Part shown: in pieces, positions 25,601 through 35,311 of the stretch
How the letters are laid out: every line of letters starts with the position of its first letter
Position numbering within the stretch: the stretch's first letter is position 1
NCBI RefSeq assembly: GCF_037042905.1
Contig: NC_087252.1
Span: forward strand, 19,098,001-19,162,000
DNA from: Lytechinus pictus
Lineage: Eukaryota
DNA length: 64,000 nt
Direction: 5' to 3'
Made by a program: the position numbers and the translations under genes
The notes under the pieces: model-generated
The model's database searches: none
Told to the model about the DNA's origin: nothing
The model's input: the letters and a program-made list of their open reading frames with translations, nothing else

Positions 25601-26122
25601 TTTTTTTAATCAAAAATTTCATTTTCCTGGGGAAAAACAAGCCGTTGCCATGGCAACGGACCAATTGGAACTATCTTGGTGATCTTGAATATTTCTAAAT
25701 TTCATATGTATTCAATTGAAAGCCTGAAAATTATCATTTTGGTCATCTATATCATGTTTATTTACCATTTACATGGGAATGTATGTTATTTTTGAGAAAT
25801 TAATCCGTTGCCATGGCAACGGCCGAAAATGGCATTTATAAATTTACCTCCCATCTTTAAAATAAATCTTACTGCATATACTAATACTTGTGAAAGTTTC
25901 ATGCTTTAGTCATAATTTGCACAATTGTTCGGCTAATCCGCTCTACTATAAGTAGATGAGGTGTTGAAAAGAGTAATGTTTTATTTGGTGGTATTTACAT
26001 TTATGTTAATTTTATCTAGATTAAATTTTATGTGAGGGTGCAATTTGGTGTCGGTGGGTTGGCGTGAGATTATGTTTGTGCCTATGTGCAGGTTGAATTA
26101 GAGAGAGTTGGTGTGGGTGTGG

Positions 26123-26155
<33 letters not shown>

Positions 26156-29100
26156 TGAAGATGGGGTGCGTGAGTGCATGGGGGCTTCTGTAAAAGGGAA
26201 AAGATTACATTCACGTAAATAATTTGTCAAAATCTTTTTCAAAATTATATTTTCATCATGAAAGACCAAAATTATCGCTCCCTTGCAAGTTTTTTTTAGA
26301 AGTGTTCGTGTGTGTAAGTGTTGATAATACTTTTTGCGTGGTGGGTGCAGATGTGCGTGAGGTTTCTGTGTGTAGTTTTCTATGTAAAGTCAAAATATAC
26401 ACCAAATAATACACCATAAAATATACACCATAATAATAATGATAATATTAATAAAAATGATAATTATTATAATCATTCTTGTTATTATTATTGTTATTAT
26501 TATTATCATTAGTATTATTATTACTATTATTATTATTATTATTACTATTACTATTATTATTATTATTACTATTATAAGTGGATGCATATGGAGAACATTC
26601 TGATAAACGTCTTTATCCCGAGCGAAGGGTTGTCAGACTGACTGGTTTTCAGGTCAATCTTTTACTGGTCAAACTGACCCAGACATTTTTCAGGATGTAA
26701 CCTACCATTGACAGGAGGAACCAAGGTCAGTTGGTCGAAGGATCCTTCTGCAGAATCCAAAGTGGCGTTCCGTACACAGTTCTCTAAACAAAAACAAGAG
26801 AAGCGAGATAATTGTTTATTAAGTCATCAATGCCGATAAACATGTTAAAATATTATTAACTTTGTAAGATCCTGTCCCAGAAAAGACGTATTCCTCAAAA
26901 CATACAATAGGGCATTTCAATAAATAATCAAGTTTTTTGTACATCATCACCCCCCCCCCCCCCCCTAGCCTCCCCTCCTTCCTCCCCCATTTTTTCTCAA
27001 CATTTCTAGTCGCTTTGCGGACTGCTTCAGTCATGACAATTTGAGAGCATTTAGCATTTTGGGCGTATAGGCCCATTCTCCATCCACTTCGGCACACTGC
27101 CAAAATGGAATGGACGGCCTTTACATGAGTAAGTTAATTAAAAATTTAGAAAAAAATCATTTTAAGATGGCCCCCACATACAGGGGTTCGGAGCTTGAAA
27201 GTAGATAGGGCTACTTTAGGATTGTCTACATGATATATTTCTGCTCATGTTTTTTTGTTCATATACTGTAATTGGCGGGTTTTTGATTAGCGACGTCAAG
27301 CCCTTTTAAAGGACAAGTCCACCCCCAACAAAAAGTTGATTTGCATAAAAGGAGAAAAATCCAACGAGCATAACATTGTAAATTTCATCGAAATCGGATG
27401 TAAAATTTAAAAAACATGACATTTTCAAGTTTTGCTTAATTTCACATAATTGTTATATGCACATCTCGGTTGGTACACAAATGAGGGAACCGATGACTTC
27501 ACTCACTCACCTTTTCTTTTGTATTTTATTATATGAAATATCAAAATGTTCTCATTTTCTCCTCATTATCCTGTGAAACAAAGCTCTATTTCTCCCTGAA
27601 CATGTGGAATTAAACGTTGTTTAAAGCTAAATGATAGTAGTTGCAGTAAACACTGATTTAGTGAGAAAGTCTGTAAAACCAAGTTTAAATATTACTATAT
27701 CATCGTGGATCTAGATCTGGTACAGTTACATAAACTGAACTCTGTGAAATCATAAAATCTAAGCTGAAAAACGATCACACTGAAGATCGCCAACACAGAT
27801 AGGCACACGTGGGACAGTATATTATTATTGCTGGAATAAAGACCCGACGGAAGTGCCCGAATCCGCGCTTATTTTGCTTATTTCTCAGCAATTACACAAT
27901 TTCTTCCAGAATCCTTTGGCACATATTTTTTATTCATACAAACAGACACTTGGGTGGTCATTATATTGGATTCTGTAAAAAGTCATTTTGAGATCGTTAC
28001 CAAAACTGGAATTTACCTTTAACATTACATGGTTCAGTCAAGTTGGTCCTTATTGTCAAATCTGTAAATATTGTATATTTCAAACAATAAAAAAACATAA
28101 GAAATAGTGAGTGAGGGACATCATCGATTTTCTTATTCGCATGTGACTAAATTGTGAATATAACTATTTTGTGAAAAATAGGCGAAACTTTAAAATGTGA
28201 CAACTTTCTTATTTTACATCTGATTTTGATGAAATTTTCAGCATTATGCTCGTCTGATTTTTCTGTGTTGATTCAAATCAACACTTTTTTGAGGCGCACA
28301 TGACTTTTAACATTTATCCCTACTTCTTGATATCACAAAATGCAATTTTTATATTAAAAACGCCATTGAGTATTTCCCTATACAGAAGATGAGGGGATCT
28401 CCTGCATCTCCCTCAATCCGAAGGTGAACAAGAGTGTCGCTAAGGCGAGCACATAATATGCCCGCCTGTAAAGCGGAAAATGGAGATATCGTTCAAGCAA
28501 GAAAAGTGGAAGGTGGCGACTTCACCTTTGACTGTCTGACCTCAATATCAATAGAATTCCTGAGATCTACGCTAGTATCATAGAAACCAAATTATATGAG
28601 CCTAAAGGTTAAGTTAAACTGAAGTTATCGCGTTTACAAGGACTGCAGCAGGGTAAGGTGGAAACATGTCACTGTGACCTCGACTTTTTGACCTCAAAAT
28701 CAAAAAGGCTTCCTAGGATCTATGCTAGTATCATACACACCAAATTATATGAGCCTAGGTTAAGTTCAACTGAAGTTATGGCGTTTACAAGGATTGCAGA
28801 AGGTTACGATGAAAATACGTCACTGTGACCTTGACCTTTTGACCCCAAAATCTATAGGCTTCCTAGGATCTATGCTAGTATCATACACACCAAATTATAT
28901 GAGCCTAGGTTAAGTTCAACTGAAGTTATCGCGTTTACAAGGATTGCAGAAGGTTACGATGAAAATACGTCACTGTGACCTTGACTTTTGACCTTTTGAC
29001 CCCAAAATCTATAGGCTTTCTGGGATCCATGCTAATATCATACACACCAAATTATATGAGCCTAGGATACGTTCAACTGAAGTTATCGCGTTTACAATGA

Positions 29101-32100
29101 CTGTAGAAGGGTAAGATGTAAATACGTCAATGTGACCTTGACCTTTGACCTTTTGACCTCAAAATCAATAGGCTTCCTGGGATCTATGCTAGTATCATAG
29201 AAATCAAATTATATGAGCCTAGGATACGTTCAACTGAAGTTATCGTGTTTACAAGGATTGCAGAAGGGTACGATGAAAATAGGTCACTGTGACCTTGACC
29301 TTTGACATTTTGACCTGAAAATCAATAGGCTTCCTGGGATTTATGCTAGTATTATACACACCAAATTATATGATCCTAAATTAAGTTCAACTGAAGTTAT
29401 CGCGTGTACAAGGACTGCAGAAGGGTACGATGAAAATACGTCACTGTGACCTTGACCTTTGACATTTTGACCTCAAAATCAATAGGCTTCCTGGAATTCA
29501 TGCTAGTATCATACATACCAAATTATATGAGCCTGGGTTAAGTTCAACTGAAGTTATCGCGTTTACAAGGAAAAGTTAACGGACGGACGGACGGTTTTTC
29601 GTCATATTTCCCATCGCCAATATTTTAAAAATGCAAATAATGTTGGGTGTTATTTAATCAATTTCCATATTTCACGTGTTTGAGATATGGGAGTTGAGAT
29701 TTTATTAATTACCGTTCACAAAATACTGCAAAATACAATCCAATTGAAAAATGCATCGTCAAATGTCACACGGTACTATGCCAATATAGATCATTAATTG
29801 AGCATTTAGTTTCACTTATTTTTAAGCAAACTAACGAATGTCTGATTGCCCACATTACAAAAACAAATTATATTATATTATATCATGTTGATATTGAAGA
29901 TTGATTACACTCAGGATGTATTTTTTATATATATTTTGATATCAATTTGCTTAGTTTGTTGTTGAAATATTTCTTTTTTAATTTAACTGGTTAATGCTCA
30001 AGTTGTTATTTTTATTTGTATATGCTATGTAACTACAAGAATATTTATTAGGAGGCTGCACTCTACAAGCTCCGCTTTTTAGCAGCCTCTTCCATTTCCA
30101 ACCTGATATGTAATAATCTTGAATATAATTTTTGTACAGGGATACTTGAAATGTGTTTTGTTATTTGTATGTCAAAATGTACAAAACAAACTGTAGTTGT
30201 TGAAAATGGAAATAAACGAAATGAAATAAAATGAAATTAAATTAAATATTTTTAGGAATCGCTTAGCACTTGCCGTTCACATCGAGTGACGTAATGCGAC
30301 ATGTAATCGCGTAGAACTATCGTATTCTATTTCTCTCCGTCAAAACTCTATTAACTGAACAATGGTCTAATCATTATGTGTACATTGATAGAGTTACTGT
30401 TACATTGTAGTGACAACAAAAAAGTTATTTTTGTTTTATGCTCCATGATATGAAGAGTTTAGTTGCAAAAGGGCTTAGGTCCACTTTGGACCATTCTGAG
30501 AAAAACCATGTTTTTTATTCTCACTTACTGCAATATTCTTATGAGAAACTAAATTGTCATGATGTACTACCCTATCATGTGAACATAAAATTGGGTATAA
30601 AAGAAATCTAACCTGTCTTCAATTTTTTTCTATAAATTCTTTTAAAAATTATCATTGTGGACCTAACCCCTTTTGCAAGTAAACTGAAATGAATCCAATC
30701 TATTTTTATTGAAGAAAGTGGTTTTTCTTTGCCACTTTTATTCACGTTTTCATGTAAATTTCAAATTGTCTTTGGTTTCATCAAAGCGACAAAATATTTA
30801 GAGGGTTTGAGACAGAAAACAATAAAATTTATGAACAATGGACCTAACCCCTTTTGACAAATGAGCTCTTCAGAAGAGTTTGTTTGCAAAAGGAGTTAGG
30901 TCCACTCCAAGAAAATCATTTTTTTTTATTCTCCTATATTGCATATTCTTATGCGAAACTAAATTTTCAAGATTCCCTACCATGACGACATAAAATTGGG
31001 TATAAAAGAAATCTACCTTTATTAATATTTTTTTTAATATTCTTTTCCAAAAAAATTCGGTGTGGACCTAATCCCTTTTGCAACTAAACTGAAATGGACC
31101 TAACCCCTTTTGAAAAAAAATTTCTTTGCCATTTTTATCACTTTTAAATAGGAATTTCAACTTTTCTTTGGTATCAACTTATAGAGCTACTAAAAATCTA
31201 TACATTGAGACCAAAAATCAAATTTGATGAAAAACGGACCTAACCCCTTTTGCAAGTGAGCCCTTCATATCAATGTCACCATTGGTCTCTCTCTCCCTCT
31301 CTTTCTTTCTCTTTATCTGCCTGTATCTCATTCTTTCTCTATTACTAAAGTATTAGTTCCTTGATTCCCTCTCCACTTGGTCTAACACCGCTTAGGCTTT
31401 ATGTCTAAATGAACAATAAACGAACCAAAATTTCATTTGAAGAAGTGCACATAAGAAGAAAACGAAGTCGAAATTGGTCAATCTGGGTTTTAGACAGTTA
31501 GATCAAGTGAGTATTAGACCACCACCAAGGAACGAAGCCGACTCTAAATCGACCAATCGGGTTTGTCATTTGACATCACGTGAAAGCTTATAACGATCTT
31601 TAATCGGTTTTGTTGGTGCGACTGCATCAGCCATCGGGTATAATGTTCCAAGGCTATGATCAGTAGTCAGTGACGAAACAACTTCCAAGTTCGGTAATAC
31701 AACCTTAGCAATCACCGTAGAACATTTTGTTATCATAGACTACAATGTACAATTCATCATGAAAATCAAGCATACGATTAATAGCCAACATTTGTGTTAC
31801 GCGACACTGGTTCAGTAACATTGCAAATAGTCAAATGAATGAATTCATCAATTATTTCTTGAATAGTTGACTGAACATTTCTTACATTGGCGCCGTGATA
31901 CCACCAAACCCATAATAGTCACGTAAAAGACAATTAGATCAGACCTCGAAAAACACATAATCCAGTTCATAGGCGGGTCAAAAACCTCAAATTCAGTTCA
32001 GTTCAAGTAAACATTTATTTTTCTTGCCATTGACATTTTATCCATTTTTTATATTCAGTAAACAAATCCATAGAGTACAAAACAATGAATATGAATGTTT

Positions 32101-32920
32101 AAACTATACATGTGATGTGGAAGAAGGCGTAAAACCGAAAAGTAAGGGCTTGTGTCGGGATGCACATGTAAAAATATATGACTAAATAACAACTAACAAA
32201 AATAAAAAGAAATAATCGAGGGGGCACAAGAGAGTGTGTCAATTGACTTCAAGATTTAATGACGAGTAATAAGAAAAGGTTCTCACGTCAAAACTTGTCA
32301 ATCCCAACGCAAAATGAAAAATATCATCCCCTCCAAGAAAAAGATCGCAATGGATCCCAATAAATAAAAATAAAGGCTCTCCCTTTTACACATAAGATAT
32401 AATGACTAAAGGTCAAGTCTATTCCAGTAAAAAAAGTTCATTTGAATAAATAGAGAAAATCTAAGAATAATAACACTGACGATTACATCAAAGTTAGATG
32501 TAAAACAAGAAATTGTACTGTTTTAAAGTTTTACTTGATTTCACAAATCAGACATATATGCAAATTCTGGTTTGAAAGTTTACACAATTTTTTTCATATC
32601 TTAAACAACGAGGGGTATTTTTATATTGGACTTTCAATAAGTTATTCAGGTCTTGGTGTAAATGGAAACATTGCTATTCGGATTCATATACAATAATACA
32701 ATAACCTTTCCAAACAATTATAGTTTTCTTTTTCTAAAAAGAAATCCGGCGAAAGTTCAATTATGAACATTGTGAACCGGAATATATTTCAAATAAAATT
32801 GACATTGATGCTGGATTTTTGGTTTAATTTGTTCTGACAGACGCAATATTATAACTTACCTTGTGCTGAGGCGAGCAGTAAAACATGACAAAGAAATAGG
32901 GCAATTAAAACTCTCGCCAT
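10437..32920 (-). CDS. Multicopper oxidase (laccase-like, three cupredoxin domains), type-I membrane anchored, 12 coding exons, ~712 aa
   Basis: Exons (minus strand): 32920-32860, 26783-26706, 22829-22618, 21908-21639, 20817-20587, 20186-20032, 19130-18895, 14083-14022, 13306-13100, 12180-12036, 11374-11232, 10775-10437. All introns are GT-AG and phase-consistent, total 2139 nt. Copper motifs are HWHG, HWWHSH, HPFHLHG and [12 protein letters not shown]. It has an N-terminal signal peptide, a CFREC Cys-rich region and a C-terminal TM helix. Confidence 0.93.
11232..11374 (-). CDS. Laccase-like gene exon 11 (copper motif IV)
   Basis: Reads [35 protein letters not shown], followed by GTAAGC. Confidence 0.95.
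12036..12180 (-). CDS. Laccase-like gene exon 10 (copper motif III)
   Basis: Reads [35 protein letters not shown] acceptor and GTAAGT donor. Absent from the ORF track. Confidence 0.95.
13100..13306 (-). CDS. Laccase-like gene exon 9
   Basis: Reads [23 protein letters not shown]...[18 protein letters not shown], phase 0/0. Confidence 0.88.
14022..14083 (-). CDS. Laccase-like gene exon 8 (62 nt)
   Basis: TTTCTATTACAG acceptor, (E)[26 protein letters not shown] donor. It is needed to convert phase 1 to phase 0. Confidence 0.8.
14400..14646 (-). mobile_element. tRNA-derived SINE (5' part)
   Basis: Minus strand GGGTCGTGTGGTCCAATGGTTAGAGC (A box) and GAGTTCGAATCC (B box). There is no acceptor-stem pairing. 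Confidence 0.65.
14737..18813. mobile_element. Non-autonomous DNA transposon with long TIRs, TAG...CTA termini and a TAA TSD (Academ-like), in laccase intron 7
   Basis: TAA|TAGTCCAG...CTGGACTA|TAA. Inverted arms exceed 400 bp and carry repeated ATTTGCAT-NNN-ATGCAAAT. Confidence 0.85.
16967..17450 (-). mobile_element. 5'-truncated L2-clade LINE 3' end with an (ATC)n tail, nested in the 14737-18813 element
   Basis: Minus frame [38 protein letters not shown], then a 3' UTR and a (CAT)n tail. Confidence 0.8.
18895..19130 (-). CDS. Laccase-like gene exon 7
   Basis: Reads (R)[20 protein letters not shown]...LAIVRYRGA...ELVAV, phase 2/1. Confidence 0.92.
20032..20186 (-). CDS. Laccase-like gene exon 6
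   Basis: Reads [52 protein letters not shown], typical of multicopper oxidase domain 2. Confidence 0.95.
20587..20817 (-). CDS. Laccase-like gene exon 5
   Basis: Reads [22 protein letters not shown]...SVLINGK...VFEVEE, phase 0/0. Confidence 0.95.
21639..21908 (-). CDS. Laccase-like gene exon 4 (copper motifs I and II)
   Basis: Reads [18 protein letters not shown]...TQCPI...[24 protein letters not shown]. Confidence 0.97.
22618..22829 (-). CDS. Laccase-like gene exon 3 (Cys-rich N-terminal region)
   Basis: Reads [25 protein letters not shown]...[24 protein letters not shown]. Confidence 0.93.
23362..25948. mobile_element. Non-autonomous DNA transposon with ~780-bp TIRs, TAG...CTA termini and a TAA TSD (Academ-like), in laccase intron 2
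   Basis: TAA|TAGTAGAGCGGATTAG...CTAATCCGCTCTACTA|TAA. Region 23362-24140 is the near-exact inverse of 25190-25948. An internal ~390-bp unit carries GTTGCCATGGCAAC. Confidence 0.9.
26706..26783 (-). CDS. Laccase-like gene exon 2 (78 nt, phase 1/1)
   Basis: TTTTTGTTTAG acceptor, (E)[30 protein letters not shown] donor. It is a symmetric exon, so inclusion is not forced by frame. Confidence 0.65.
27310..28306. mobile_element. TTAA-flanked MITE (Kolobok-like) with a second TTAA MITE nested at 27625-28018
   Basis: Outer: TTAA|AGGACAAGTCC...TGACTT|TTAA. Inner: TTAA|AGCTAAATGATAG...CTGGAATTTACCT|TTAA. Confidence 0.65.
28427..29595 (+). mobile_element. Helentron/HINE-like element with an internal ~155-bp tandem array (~7 copies) and a (GGAC)n microsatellite
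   Basis: Starts AACAAGAG, contains a repeated TGCTAGTATCATACACACCAAATTATATGAGCC...TGACCTTGACCTTTGAC unit, and ends GGACGGACGGACGG. Confidence 0.7.
30452..31266 (+). mobile_element. Dimeric MITE with GAAG...CTTC termini and an ATAT TSD (Sola-like), copy 1
   Basis: ATAT|GAAGAG...GCCCTTC|ATAT with an internal CTCTTC-A-GAAGAG junction at ~30871. Colinear with 53602-54419. Confidence 0.85.
32860..32920 (-). CDS. Laccase-like gene exon 1 (signal peptide)
   Basis: AAAATGG start context, [20 protein letters not shown]+G, GTAAGT donor; phase matches exons 2 and 3. Confidence 0.8.
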
Positions 32921-33024
32921 TTTGTCCGATCAAATACTATCAAGACTTCAATCGAAATGATCCATTGACGAGGGAATATTCCCCAAAATGAAATAAAAAC
33001 ACTGAGAAAAGACTCTTCTTGCAG

Positions 33025-33095
33025 TCTGTCTCGAGTGCGCATGTCAGAACCCGTTGAAAAAAAAGTTTACCAAGCGTAACGGGGGTGGGTCTTCT
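33025..33095 (-). promoter_or_regulatory. Non-coding block conserved upstream of both laccase paralogue start codons (candidate core promoter or 5' UTR element)
   Basis: GCGCATGTCAGAACCCGTTGAAAA...AGCGTAACGGGGGTGGGTCTT here versus GCGCATGTCAGAGCCTGCTGAAAA...AGCGAAACGGGGTGGATCTT at 7827-7882. Confidence 0.55.
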
Positions 33096-33494
33096 GTAAT
33101 GAAGTTCAATAATTGAGTGGAGTTTTCTACGAAAATTTGTACGCCCCCTCTCTTCCAATACACAGCACACAATCACAAACTGACATGTATAGTTCATATT
33201 TATGTGGTTACAAAAATTGTTTCTCTGTTTCTTTTATTTTTTTTAAATGTATGATTGGGCCTTGATGGCAGATATTTTAATCATTTCTCCGGCACTCTTC
33301 AACCGTTTATTATACATTATACATGCACTAATTTCTGTTTGACAAGCCTATAATAACATAATTGCCTTTGCTTTAATGTGATTGCTCTTTATGTTTCCGC
33401 TATTTTGTTTTAGTCTATTGTGTTGTGTTTTGTTTGTTTGTTTGTATTGATTTGATATTGTTTATATAAGCATTAAGTGCCCCTCCCCCCCCCC

Positions 33495-33530
<36 letters not shown>

Positions 33531-34542
33531 TTATCTATTTATCTGATTCATCATCATCATTACATTGTTATAATTTGAGGCTAAGTTCTGTAATGCAGGC
33601 AGTGCAGAACATTCTACTACATACTTCCAGTTACTGTATAAAACCATGTTGTCTATATTATTGTTACCAATAGGGCCTCATGAGAACCCACAGAAACTAA
33701 GCCTCCGCCCCCTTACCCATCCCCCCCCCCCCCCGGCCTCAAGAAAATAGCTCTCAAATCAAATAGAAAGTTGTATGAATTAAAACACAATAATACCCAC
33801 AAAAAAAAAATCAAATAAACGGTCATGGTCCTTGCACTTCTCGTCTGCGTATAATAACAAAATATTTGATAACGATCGATGATCTATTGCTAAGATCTGT
33901 GTAGTCATACCATTCCCGATAAACAAAGTATATATATAAACGTAAGGACACAATACGTTTCCCGAAAGAAAAAAAAACGAGTAAACAGACTCACTTGGGG
34001 TTAGAATGAGATTTTTGACCGAGAAAACAAAGAGAGATTTAAGGACGACAAAGTTTACAAGATTCGACACAGATATTTTCCCTGATTTAAACAAAATTGT
34101 TAAATATTCGTCATTAGCCTTATTTTCATTGGAATCATCATTCAAATTACGATTTTTTCTACCGTATGAAAGGGGTGATATTTTAAACAGTCTAGTGTGG
34201 TGTTGCAAGAAACTTGCGATCAATTGCAAGTCTATTTTTGGTCCCTAAATCAATCACATGTCTTGTATTCAGTTGTAAAATTGCAACAGAATATTTGCAA
34301 TCGATCGCAAATATTCTTACAACACCCCCTAGATTTTTTTTCCTCCACATTTTCGATTTCGTGAAACATTTGGCGAGTCGAGCACATAGTTCATTATTTA
34401 GATCCTCTATGCACAAGAATGCGTGCATTCATTGTTTGTTTTATACAACCACCCCCCCCCCCCCCTCCCCCATGTTACTAAGTTGCCCCGAAAGCTATAT
34501 TTGATCTAAATTCTAGATAATTCTAGATGAATTCCAGACCTC

Positions 34543-34582
34543 GCACTATCCTGCACTCTGACGTCAGAGTGCAGGATAGTGC
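34543..34582. repeat. Perfect 40-bp palindrome centred on TGACGTCA, followed by two partial arm repeats to ~34655
   Basis: GCACTATCCTGCACTCTGAC|GTCAGAGTGCAGGATAGTGC. Confidence 0.9.
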
Positions 34583-34826
34583 ATTTGGTATGACGTTAGA
34601 CAGTTAGAGTGCAGGATAGTACATTTGGTATAACGTCAGAGTACAGGATAGTGCATTTTGGATGCCATAGTACAATTCACTGAATATCATTAGAATCGAT
34701 TTGGACCAATCAGATACAAGAACATTCTTGTGAGCTGTATAATAAAATAGAATGGAAGGCGTTTCAAACTTCACAGAAGCTCATGGAATTGGTTGTGATC
34801 CAGAAAATAGTTTCACACTGATTAAA

Positions 34827-35311
34827 AGGGAAGGTCACCTTGAGGGAAAGTTTGTTGTAAAAAAATACCTCCAAAATATTATTGTAGAGACTTTACAGAA
34901 ATCCATCAAAGATTAGGAAGTTATTCGATTTTTTTTTATTTGTGATTCGAGCTGCCATAAACAAATAGCTGCCCTTAATGTTATTGAATATGAAATGCAT
35001 AAAAATAGTTTTAGTCGTTCACTGTGACTAAAACATTTTTTTTCAGGAGCGGCTGTGAAATGTCTGTTGATTTATACACTAAAGGTTCAATTAAAATTAT
35101 TTTCAGTATGTTTTTTTTAAGAAAATGACATTTTCATTGATTTTCTTTCCTTTGCTATACAAAGTATACGGGAAGCTTTGGGTCGAAAATGAGGAAATCA
35201 AAATTCTAATTACTTTTTTTTTTATTTGATGGATGTTCCTCGAACATTCACGAATACATTTATTTTTTCTGCTATTTTTACCATAAACCTTTTGTCATGG
35301 TGAACTTTTCT
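34827..35311. mobile_element. TTAA-flanked MITE (Kolobok-like)
   Basis: TTAA-AAGGGAAGGTCACC...GGTGAACTTTTCT-TTAA. The left end resembles 52325-52460. Confidence 0.55.
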
